Assembly (NCBI GenBank): GCA_027028505.1
Contig: JALVJE010000153.1
Location: 731-64,730, forward strand
Direction: 5' to 3'
Length of the DNA: 64,000 nucleotides
Origin: Bacteroidales bacterium
GTDB taxonomy: Bacteria; Bacteroidota; Bacteroidia; Bacteroidales; VadinHA17
Part shown: positions 56,798-64,000 of the stretch, one piece after another
Numbering within the stretch: the stretch's first letter is position 1
How the letters are laid out: the number at the start of each line of letters is the position of its first letter
Notes under the pieces: model-generated
The model's database searches: none
What the model saw: only the letters and a program-made list of their open reading frames with translations
Told to the model about the DNA's origin: nothing
Made by a program: the position numbers and the translations under genes

Positions 56798-57301
56798 CTA
56801 TTCGGTCAGCAGTTCCCTGGGATAATGAAAATCATGTTTTATCATATTGTCAGTTTTCACCTCCTCCCACGTCCGTGCCTCAAAAGCCATATAAACAAAT
56901 CCCGACGTGGGGATGTTGTGGATCGACTCCTCCAGGAAGAAATTGGCCAGGTCGGTGATGCCGGGGTTGTGGGCCACCACCGCCAGTATGTCCACGCCGG
57001 CAGGGGCCTTACGTATCTGGTTGTGCATCTCGTTGTAGGAGGCAAGGTAAAGGTTCTCCCTGACCGCGAGGGTCTCACAGGACAGGTCCATGCTCCGGCA
57101 ATAAAGTACGGCTGTGTGGAAAGCCCGGCAGGCAGGACTGGTAAAGATCAGCGCAGGTTTCCGTTCATAATGCCGGGCGATATAATTCCCCATCATCATG
57201 GCATCCCGCACCCCCCGTCCTTTGAGGGGCCGGTCGATATCCTTGACATCCATTTTGTCCCAGTCTGACTTGGCATGCCTTATCAGAAATAGTTCTTTCA
57301 T
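56798..57301 (-). CDS. Histidine phosphatase family protein (SixA-like)
   Basis: LIRHAKSDW (RHG-type motif) and AHNPG. 167 aa. Confidence 0.8.
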   Translation of the reverse strand: MKELFLIRHAKSDWDKMDVKDIDRPLKGRGVRDAMMMGNYIARHYERKPALIFTSPACRAFHTAVLYCRSMDLSCETLAVRENLYLASYNEMHNQIRKAPAGVDILAVVAHNPGITDLANFFLEESIHNIPTSGFVYMAFEARTWEEVKTDNMIKHDFHYPRELLTE

Positions 57302-57317
57302 GGTAGCGGTATTATTT

Positions 57318-58646
57318 TTACAATATCTGGCTGGCCAACTCGGCCAGGTAACTGCGTTCCCCTTTCACCAGATTCACATGGGCAAAGATATCCTGTCCGC
57401 GCATACGGTCGGTCAGGTAGGTCAGCCCGTTGGAGCCGGTGTCCAGATAAGGGGAATCGATCTGTTCGATGTCGCCGGTGAAGATCAGCTTGGTCCCCTC
57501 GCCGGCACGCGTAATGATGGTCTTTACCTCGTGGGGTGTCAGGTTCTGGGCCTCATCGACAATGAAGAAGATGTTGGACAGACTGCGTCCCCGGATATAG
57601 GCCAGGGGGGTGATCACCAACTTCTCATCCTGCAACATCCTGTCGATACGCTGGTAATCCTTGCTCTGCGTAGAGAATTTGTTCTTGATCACCGAGAGAT
57701 TATCGAACAGAGGCTGCATGTAAGGTTCTATTTTTTCGCTCACGTCGCCCGGCAGGAAGCCCATATCCCTGTTGGCCAGCGGCACGATGGGGCGCGCCAG
57801 GAAGATCTGCTTGTACTCGCGGCGCTGATGCAGAGCAGCCGCCAGGGCCAGGAGGGTCTTGCCCGTACCCGCCTTGCCGGTCAGGGCCACAAGCTGTATC
57901 TCCTTGCGCAGCAAAGCATCCAGCGAGAAAGTCTGCTCCGCATTGCGCGGCTCTATGCCGTAAGCCGTAACCTTCTCCACCCGTTCCACCCTGTGGTTGA
58001 AAGGATCATAATGGGCCAGCACACTGGATTTTTCATTGCGGATAATAAAGTATTGATGCGCAAAGGGTTTTTCTTTGAGACCTGCTTTATCTACAGGAAC
58101 ACACTGCTGATCTGAATAGAGCGAGGAGATAACCTCCGGATCAGCATCTTCGAGGACACGCACCTCGTTGAAAAGATCATCAATGTTGAACACCTTGTCT
58201 GTGCGGTAGTCCTGTGCCAGGATATTGAGCGATTTTGCCTTCAGCCGCAGGTTGATATCCTTGGATACCAGGATCACCTTGCGGCCGGGATGTTCAAGGG
58301 TAATGTGTTCGGCAATGGCCAGAATGCGATGATCAGGCGTATCCTCCGGAAAAGAGGAACGCATCCGTTCCGAGAAAGGCTTGCCCGTCTCGATGAAGAG
58401 CTTGCCGCGGCCTTTTCCCAACGACACCCCCGCCGTGAACAATTTATCACCGGCCAGCTTGTCCAGCTGACGCGTCAGTTCACGGGCATGGAAGTTGATG
58501 ATATCGTTGCCCTTCTTGAACTTATCCAGCTCTTCCAGGACCACAATGGGAATAATGATGTCATGTTCCTGAAAATTGAAGATGCTCTGATAATCATGGA
58601 GCAACACATTGGTATCAAGAATAAAATATTTCTTTTTTCCGGGCAT
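57318..58646 (-). CDS. PIN-domain / PhoH-like ATPase
   Basis: Start moved to MPGKKKYFILDTNVLLHD (PIN N-terminus) at 58646. Walker A GKAGTGKT. The ORF extension to 59081 overlaps the nitroreductase gene on the other strand. Confidence 0.9.
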   Translation of the reverse strand: MPGKKKYFILDTNVLLHDYQSIFNFQEHDIIIPIVVLEELDKFKKGNDIINFHARELTRQLDKLAGDKLFTAGVSLGKGRGKLFIETGKPFSERMRSSFPEDTPDHRILAIAEHITLEHPGRKVILVSKDINLRLKAKSLNILAQDYRTDKVFNIDDLFNEVRVLEDADPEVISSLYSDQQCVPVDKAGLKEKPFAHQYFIIRNEKSSVLAHYDPFNHRVERVEKVTAYGIEPRNAEQTFSLDALLRKEIQLVALTGKAGTGKTLLALAAALHQRREYKQIFLARPIVPLANRDMGFLPGDVSEKIEPYMQPLFDNLSVIKNKFSTQSKDYQRIDRMLQDEKLVITPLAYIRGRSLSNIFFIVDEAQNLTPHEVKTIITRAGEGTKLIFTGDIEQIDSPYLDTGSNGLTYLTDRMRGQDIFAHVNLVKGERSYLAELASQIL

Positions 58647-58694
58647 ATAAATGTAATTTAACAGGTAAATATAATTGATTATTTTCAGGAATAT

Positions 58695-58702
58695 TAAATT
58701 TG
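58695..58702 (+). promoter_or_regulatory. Candidate -7 promoter box (TAnnTTTG)
   Basis: TAAATTTG lies 23 nt upstream of the ATG at 58725. Confidence 0.4.
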
Positions 58703-58724
58703 CCTGAAAATTGATCAAAAACAG

Positions 58725-59237
58725 ATGGACCTTATTGAAGGTATACTTACACGCAGGAGCATCCGAAGTTTTACAGGTGAAAAGGTAAGCCGTGATCAGC
58801 TGGAGTCCGTTCTGAAAGCAGCCATGCATGCTCCTTCCGCACGCAACTGTCAGCCCTGGCATTTTGTGGTGACACGAGAAAGGAGCATATTCGAAAAGAT
58901 CATGAAAGTCCATCCATATGCTTCGATGCTTTCCGGCGCCGGGGCTGCTGTCCTGGTGTGCGGGGATCTTGAAAAACAACATGGCGAAGGCTACTGGGTG
59001 GTGGATTGTTCGGCAGCCACAGAAAACCTGCTCCTGGCCATCCACGGTATGGGCCTGGGGGGTGTATGGCTGGGCATCCATCCGCGGGAAGACCGCAAGA
59101 TAGCTATGAAAGAGATCTTCCGTCTGCCGTCACACATCGAACCTTTGTCGCTGGTGGCCTTAGGAGTTCCTGCAGAGCAGCCTCTGCAACCTGCCGACCG
59201 TTTTAAGCCGGACCGTATTCACTGGGACCAATGGTAG
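58725..59237 (+). CDS. Nitroreductase family protein
   Basis: 170 aa. RRSIRSF ... APSARNCQPW motifs. Confidence 0.87.
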   Translation: MDLIEGILTRRSIRSFTGEKVSRDQLESVLKAAMHAPSARNCQPWHFVVTRERSIFEKIMKVHPYASMLSGAGAAVLVCGDLEKQHGEGYWVVDCSAATENLLLAIHGMGLGGVWLGIHPREDRKIAMKEIFRLPSHIEPLSLVALGVPAEQPLQPADRFKPDRIHWDQW

Positions 59238-60538
59238 CGGGGATCGACTACAACGACTACCGGAAGGTAACGGAATACCTTTTCTCCCGTCTGCCGGTAT
59301 ACCAGCGCACCGGCCCCGCCGCCTACAAGGTGGATCTGGGAAATGCCCACCTGCTGGATGACTATTTTGGCCATCCGCACAGGGCATACCCCACCATCCA
59401 TATTGCCGGCACCAACGGCAAAGGATCGGTATCCCACATGCTGGCCTCCGTATTGCAGGAGGCCGGATACCGCACCGGACTCTACACTTCTCCCCACCTG
59501 AAAGACTTCCGCGAACGGATCCGCATCAACGGAAAACCTGTCAGTGAAGATTATGTCAAAAACTTCGTCAGGGAACACGATCATCTTTTCGGGGAGATCG
59601 AACCTTCTTTTTTTGAGATCACCGTGGCCATGGCCTTCCGGTATTTTGCAGATGAAAAAGTGGACGTGGCCGTCATTGAGACCGGCCTGGGAGGACGTCT
59701 CGACTCTACCAATATCATCCTGCCTCTCTGTTCAGTGATCACAAATATCGGCATGGACCATACCCGGTTCCTGGGAAACACCCTGCAGAGCATCGCCCGC
59801 GAGAAAGCCGGGATCTTCAAGAAGGCGATTCCCGCAGTGATCGGTAGATACCAAAAGGAAACAGCCCCGGTCTTCAGGGAAACTGCTGCACAGACAGGAT
59901 CGGAAATATATTTCGCCGGTGAGAACCTCTCGATCGATTATTCCATGATCTCCATGACAGGAAAACAAATATTCAATGTCAAAGAAAGAGACCGGATCTT
60001 TCTGAAAGACCTGCAAACCGATCTTTTGGGGGATTATCAGCGTGAAAACACAATTACAGCATTACAAACGCTCAGGGTCCTGGAAAAAGATCTTCCCTGG
60101 AGAGAAAAAAACCTGCGGGATGGTTTTGCAAATGTTTCCGGGAACACAGGTCTCCTCGGGCGGTGGCAGGTGCTGCGGCAGCACCCCCTGGTCATCTGCG
60201 ATACCGGCCACAACCGGGACGCTTTCCTGCAACTGGTCCGGCAGATAGAGAACACGCCCCGCAAAGATCTTTATATGATCCTGGGATTTGTAAATGACAA
60301 AGATCCCGATGAGATTCTGGAACTCCTTCCGAAAGATGCTTTTTATCTGTTCACCCGGGCAGCTATCCCCCGGGCCATGGAAGCGGAAAAACTGCAGCAG
60401 CAGGCAGTAAAACATGGGCTAAGAGGAGCGGCTATGCCTTCCGTAGAAAAAGCGATGGAAAAGGCGTTGTCAAAAGCCGGAAAGAACGATATGGTCTTTA
60501 TCGGTGGCAGCACCTTTGTCGTGGCGGAAGCCTTGTAA
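59231..60538 (+). CDS. folC: Bifunctional folylpolyglutamate synthase / dihydrofolate synthase
   Basis: P-loop HIAGTNGKGS and a Mur-ligase-like middle domain (ETGLGGRLDSTN). Confidence 0.9.
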   Translation: MVAGIDYNDYRKVTEYLFSRLPVYQRTGPAAYKVDLGNAHLLDDYFGHPHRAYPTIHIAGTNGKGSVSHMLASVLQEAGYRTGLYTSPHLKDFRERIRINGKPVSEDYVKNFVREHDHLFGEIEPSFFEITVAMAFRYFADEKVDVAVIETGLGGRLDSTNIILPLCSVITNIGMDHTRFLGNTLQSIAREKAGIFKKAIPAVIGRYQKETAPVFRETAAQTGSEIYFAGENLSIDYSMISMTGKQIFNVKERDRIFLKDLQTDLLGDYQRENTITALQTLRVLEKDLPWREKNLRDGFANVSGNTGLLGRWQVLRQHPLVICDTGHNRDAFLQLVRQIENTPRKDLYMILGFVNDKDPDEILELLPKDAFYLFTRAAIPRAMEAEKLQQQAVKHGLRGAAMPSVEKAMEKALSKAGKNDMVFIGGSTFVVAEAL

Positions 60539-60644
60539 AAGCAGACAAATAGATAGATCTACTCGTCTTCCACAGTTTTGCAGTTGTGTGGAGGGGGAAA
60601 CCGGATTACTTGCGTGATCCAGAACCCCGGGCCCTTGTACCCAT

Positions 60645-60762
60645 CCCCAAAGCCTTTGCTCGCTGCGCTCACATCGGGCTGTTTTGTTTCCTCCCACTGT
60701 GTAAACAAGTTTACACGTGTCCGGAAACAAAACAGCCCTGCACTACGTGCAAGGCTTTGGGG
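60645..60762. repeat. 118-nt triple-nested imperfect palindrome adjacent to the tRNA-Val 3' end
   Basis: Outer arms CCCCAAAGCCTT(T)GC / GCAAGGCTTTGGGG. Middle arms GGGCTGTTTTGTTTCC / GGAAACAAAACAGCCC (16 bp, perfect). Inner arms GTGTAAAC-AA-GTTTACAC. Confidence 0.88.
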
Positions 60763-60765
60763 TTG

Positions 60766-60840
60766 TGGGCGATACTGGATTCGAACCAGTGACCTCCTGC
60801 TTGTAAGGCAGGCGCTCTGAACCAACTGAGCTAATCGCCC
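60766..60840 (-). tRNA. tRNA-Val (TAC anticodon)
   Basis: Reverse complement GGGCGAT TA GCTC AGTTGGTTC AGAGC G CCTGC CTTACAA GCAGG AGGTC ACTGG TTCGAAT CCAGT ATCGCCC A. The acceptor stem is perfect. Confidence 0.95.
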
Positions 60841-61025
60841 GTTTTGGGGTGTGCAAAGATAGGCACTACCGGAAATATTCCAAAATATCAATGATAAAAA
60901 TATTATCCGGTCTTTGATCCACCATCTTTTCTCTCCTTTTCCCGGGGTCATACGGATCATTGAATGCCTGTCTTTACAAGCATTCCCTTTGTTATCCCCA
61001 TCTTGCCACACCAACATTAACTCAA

Positions 61026-61117
61026 ATTACACATTAAGAAGCTAAGTATTAGCGGAACTAATCCATTAACGGGGGTTAACTTAGCGTAGCGATCTCATGA
61101 GCGCAGCGAATAACCCC
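61026..61117. repeat. Degenerate inverted copy of hairpin module H3, plus an adjacent GGGGTTA/TAACCCC hairpin
   Basis: The reverse complement of 61026-61070 aligns with 43632-43678 at roughly 80% identity by eye (AATGGATTAGTTCCGCTAATACTTAGCTTCTTAATGTGTAAT versus AACGCATTAGTTCAGCTAATTCTTAGCTTCCTAATGCGTAAT). Confidence 0.7.
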
Positions 61118-61303
61118 AGGTTTAATATTTATATCAAAAATGTCAGGTCGTTTATCAAAATTGCACAACCCTGCTGAATAATTTGAGTATAACAAAATAA
61201 ATTTGCTAATTTGCATATTGTCAATGCAACCTAATAGCTCTTTCGAATGTCAAGATAAAAAGATTTTTTCCTTGTAACCCGGATAATTTCATCCACATTA
61301 ATA

Positions 61304-64000
61304 ATGATAATGGGTAGAAAGAATTCAACAAGACTGCATTTTTCACTCTTCTCGTTTTTTTTATTTTCGATCCTCTCCCTGTCCCTCCATGCCCAGACCT
61401 ACCGCATGGATACGCTAAACGGACAGACAGTTAACACGTGTGCCGGTTATTTCTATGACAGTGGAGGCCCCACTGATGGGACTACCAACAGTTATTACAG
61501 TAACAACGAGGATTACACCGTCACTTTTTGTTCCGATGACGGTAATCACATCTCCTTTGACTTCACCTCATTTGATGTCCGTACGGACGATACCCTTTAC
61601 GTGTATGACGGCACGGACACAGGGGCTCCCCTCCTGGGAAAATATTCGGGTACAGGGCTTACATTTACGCTTACCTCTTCAGGCACCTGCCTGACTTTTC
61701 GTTTTATCTCCGATGCCAGTTACACCCGTGAGGGATGGGAAGCGAGTATATCCTGTATAACCTGTCCCCCCGTCAGCACCTCACCCATCATACCCAGTGA
61801 TGCATACGTCTGTCCCGGTTCCACCATTACCTATTCGGTGGACCAGCACAGTGGATCCACCTATCACTGGACTGTCTCCAACGGTTCTCCTTCCGATTTT
61901 ACCGGAGGGGATTCACTGGATGTCACCTGGGTAGCCACCGGCGGTGTTTCAGGCTACATCAAAGTAGTGGAAACCAGCAGTTGTGGGTCCAAAGACTCCA
62001 GTGATCTGATCGTGGACATCTATGATGTGCCCCCTGTCACGTTCTCCGGACTGGATCCTGAATACTGTGTTCTTTCTCCGGATGATACCCTGCACGGATC
62101 GCCGGCAGGAGGCATCTTCTCAGGACCGGCCATGACCGACAGCATTTTCAGTCCTTCCGTGGCGGGTCAGGGCACCCACACCATCACCTACACCTATACG
62201 GATGGTTCTACAGGGTGTACCACCTCTGACAGCCAGACCACCACGGTCAACGACGAACCCACGGTCACCATTTCCGGACTGGATTCTGTTTATGATATTC
62301 ATGATGCTCCCGTAACCCTCAGCGGTACGCCCGCCGGCGGCACTTTCTCCGGCCCCGGTATTTCAGGGAACACCTTTGACCCAGCCGCTGCCGGGACAGG
62401 CACCCATGAGATCATTTATACTTACACCGACGGTTCCGGTTGCAGTGGCGCCGATACGGCTTATACCACCGTGTTGGATTACGATGACAGGGCCGGTGCG
62501 ATCATTCTCACCGATCTGGATAACTGGTGTTCATACGATGCCCAGTACAGCACAGCAGGAGCCACCGCCGACGGCCCGCGGGGCAGCTGCTGGCCCAACG
62601 GACCCAACTATAACCGCTGGTTCCGTTTCCAGGCCACCGGCAGCATGATCAAAGTATCTGTCAAGACGGGAGGAGATGAGGGCACACTGCGCTACATGTT
62701 CGCAGCTCTCTGGACCGAGGGAGGCACCCAGCTGGCATGTGCCCGCTATGCCGGCACTTACTCTGACCTGGTCTTACAATCCGCCAGCCTCACACCGGGA
62801 GAATGGTACTACATCGAGGTGGACAATTACGTCGGCACGGGCTACCAGGGGACCTTCACCCTCTGTATCGATGATACGGTAGACTACGATTACAAGGAAG
62901 GCGCCATTACCCTGACAGACTTTAATAACTGGTGCTCCCCCAATGCCGCTTATACTACCGTTAATGCCACACCTGACGGCACCCGCGGCAGTTGCTGGAA
63001 CAACGGCCCCAACTACAACCGCTGGTTCCGTTTCCAGGCCACTACCGACAATATCAACATTACCCTGAAAACAGGCGGGGAAGAAGGTACGCTCAGAAAT
63101 CCCTTCCTGGCCCTCTGGGATTCGACCGGCAATGAGCTGGCCTGTCGTCGTTATACATCGGCCTACAGTGACCTCAACCTTTCCGCCATCAACCTGGTGC
63201 CGGGACAATGGTATTATATCTCCGTTGACAATTATGCAGGAGCAGGATACCGGGGTACTTTTACCTTATGCATTGATAATACGCTCAACTATGACTTCAG
63301 GGAAGGAGCGCTGGAAGTACCCGACACCGGCGTATGGTGCTCAGGAGATGCTGCCTACTCAACCATAAATGCCTCGGGTGACGGTGCCAGAGGAAGCTGT
63401 TGGTATAACGGCCCCAACTACAACCGTTGGTTCAAATTCCAGGCCTCCACCCCCAATGTGCTCGTACAACTGAAAACCGGTGGAGATGAAGGGAGTCTGC
63501 GCTATCCCTTTATCATGCTGCAGGATTCAACTGGCAACGAGATCTCCTGTGCCCGTTATTATGCCCAGTACAGCGATCTTTCTGTCGGCGCCACGGGTCT
63601 GACCCCCGGCGACTGGTATTACATCACAGTGGATAACTACAATAATCAATATTACCGGGGCAGCTTCACGCTGTGTGTCAGCGATACCATTGATTATGAT
63701 TTCAAGGCCGGTGCGATCGAGATAGCCGACATCGACCAGTGGTGCTCGGCCAATGCCGAATATACCACAATGAACGCCACCGGTGATGAACTGAAAGGAT
63801 CCTGCTGGTACAATGGCCCCAACTTTAACCGGTGGTTCAAATTCCGGGCTACCAGTAACATGGCTAAAATACAGGTTAAGACAGGTGGGGAAGAAGGAAC
63901 GATGCGATATCCCTTCGTGGCCCTCTGGAATGAAAACAACACGGAGGTAGCCTGTGGAAGATATACCGGAGCTTACAGTGATGTCACCATAGGCTCGGAC
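61304..64000 (+). CDS. Large secreted repeat protein (3' partial): signal peptide, CUB-like domain, Ig/PKD-like domains, then tandem 135-aa Cys-containing PPC-like domains
   Basis: Not in the supplied ORF track because it has no stop inside the window. I translated frame 2 from the ATG at 61304 (alternative 61310) by hand through 64000 (899 codons) and found no stop. Signal sequence FSLFSFFLFSILSLSLHAQ. CUB-like YFYDSGGP...LYVYDGTD...TFRFISD. Confidence 0.85.
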   Translation, partial: MIMGRKNSTRLHFSLFSFFLFSILSLSLHAQTYRMDTLNGQTVNTCAGYFYDSGGPTDGTTNSYYSNNEDYTVTFCSDDGNHISFDFTSFDVRTDDTLYVYDGTDTGAPLLGKYSGTGLTFTLTSSGTCLTFRFISDASYTREGWEASISCITCPPVSTSPIIPSDAYVCPGSTITYSVDQHSGSTYHWTVSNGSPSDFTGGDSLDVTWVATGGVSGYIKVVETSSCGSKDSSDLIVDIYDVPPVTFSGLDPEYCVLSPDDTLHGSPAGGIFSGPAMTDSIFSPSVAGQGTHTITYTYTDGSTGCTTSDSQTTTVNDEPTVTISGLDSVYDIHDAPVTLSGTPAGGTFSGPGISGNTFDPAAAGTGTHEIIYTYTDGSGCSGADTAYTTVLDYDDRAGAIILTDLDNWCSYDAQYSTAGATADGPRGSCWPNGPNYNRWFRFQATGSMIKVSVKTGGDEGTLRYMFAALWTEGGTQLACARYAGTYSDLVLQSASLTPGEWYYIEVDNYVGTGYQGTFTLCIDDTVDYDYKEGAITLTDFNNWCSPNAAYTTVNATPDGTRGSCWNNGPNYNRWFRFQATTDNINITLKTGGEEGTLRNPFLALWDSTGNELACRRYTSAYSDLNLSAINLVPGQWYYISVDNYAGAGYRGTFTLCIDNTLNYDFREGALEVPDTGVWCSGDAAYSTINASGDGARGSCWYNGPNYNRWFKFQASTPNVLVQLKTGGDEGSLRYPFIMLQDSTGNEISCARYYAQYSDLSVGATGLTPGDWYYITVDNYNNQYYRGSFTLCVSDTIDYDFKAGAIEIADIDQWCSANAEYTTMNATGDELKGSCWYNGPNFNRWFKFRATSNMAKIQVKTGGEEGTMRYPFVALWNENNTEVACGRYTGAYSDVTIGSD
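62477..64000 (+). repeat. Tandem 405-bp (135-codon) coding repeats, 3 complete plus 1 partial
   Basis: Units start at 62477, 62882, 63287 and 63692, exactly 405 bp apart. The conserved core is GSCW.NGPN(Y/F)NRWF(R/K)F.A......(I/V).(V/L/T).(L/V)KTGG(D/E)EG(T/S)(L/M)R ... (W/Y)YI.VDNY...Y.G.FTLC. Confidence 0.92.

Noticed and set aside
54934-56958. 674-aa ORF antisense to ppk1 and the sixA-like gene
   Set aside because: It lies opposite two well-supported genes. Its composition (rich in Q, H, R, D, L, P, G and I) is typical of a mirror frame, and it has no recognisable domain.
60559-61017. 152-aa minus-strand ORF
   Set aside because: It runs straight through tRNA-Val and the nested palindrome and has no coding signature.
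62477-64000. Diversity-generating retroelement (template/variable repeat) explanation for the 405-bp repeats
   Set aside because: There is no reverse transcriptase or accessory gene in the window. The differences between units are spread over all nucleotides and are not adenine-specific. These are ordinary diverged domain repeats.
1-64000. Mobile element, prophage, defence island or toxin-antitoxin content
   Set aside because: I found no integrase, transposase, recombinase, phage structural, restriction-modification, Cas, abortive-infection-type or toxin-antitoxin pairs. The MORN/YwqK-like protein has a signal peptide and no toxin partner. The PIN-PhoH gene is the widespread housekeeping type.

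Overview
This looks like a chromosomal, largely housekeeping segment of a Bacteroidota-type genome. Supporting signs are a T9SS-style C-terminal sorting domain, a TonB-dependent receptor, TPR-sensor kinases, TAnnTTTG-type -7 promoter boxes and an LptF/G-GT4-GT2 block. I call 46 protein genes, 2 tRNAs (CAT and TAC anticodons), one TPP riboswitch in front of the TonB-dependent receptor, and several intrinsic terminators. Content: a glycyl-radical enzyme plus activase; a peptide-utilisation neighbourhood (DPP-IV-like S9 peptidase, PepD, POT transporter); nnr, sulfatase, ribBA, fmt, cdd, panB, dnaK; xseA and xseB separated by two paralogous sensor kinases; a cNMP-domain::aspartase fusion; a 1177-aa multi-PAS hybrid kinase; thioredoxin; a CCA/HD enzyme; an acyltransferase-GT2 block; sixA-like/ppk1/IMPase; PIN-PhoH; nitroreductase; folC. 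One large secreted repeat protein (61304 to the window end) is absent from the supplied ORF track because it runs off the edge. I see no integrase, transposase, phage, CRISPR/cas or recognisable defence genes, so I cannot honestly name a new protein-encoded system here. The unusual signal is non-coding. (1) At least nine intergenic loci consist of phase-perfect tandem arrays with a 7-nt period. Several share a GTTCA/GAAC core, they often run into the stop codon of the upstream gene, and they can fill the whole spacer between co-directional genes. (2) There is an array of GAAATTAG + GC-hairpin units. (3) There is a dispersed family of hairpin modules, including inverted copies that flank the riboswitch-TonB receptor cassette. 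(4) There is a 118-nt triple-nested palindrome abutting tRNA-Val. (5) There is a 3 x 12-bp CTACGTAG palindrome array on a stop codon. All product calls come from motifs I recognise by eye; no database search was possible. Coordinates I derived by hand for non-ORF features may be off by 1-2 nt.
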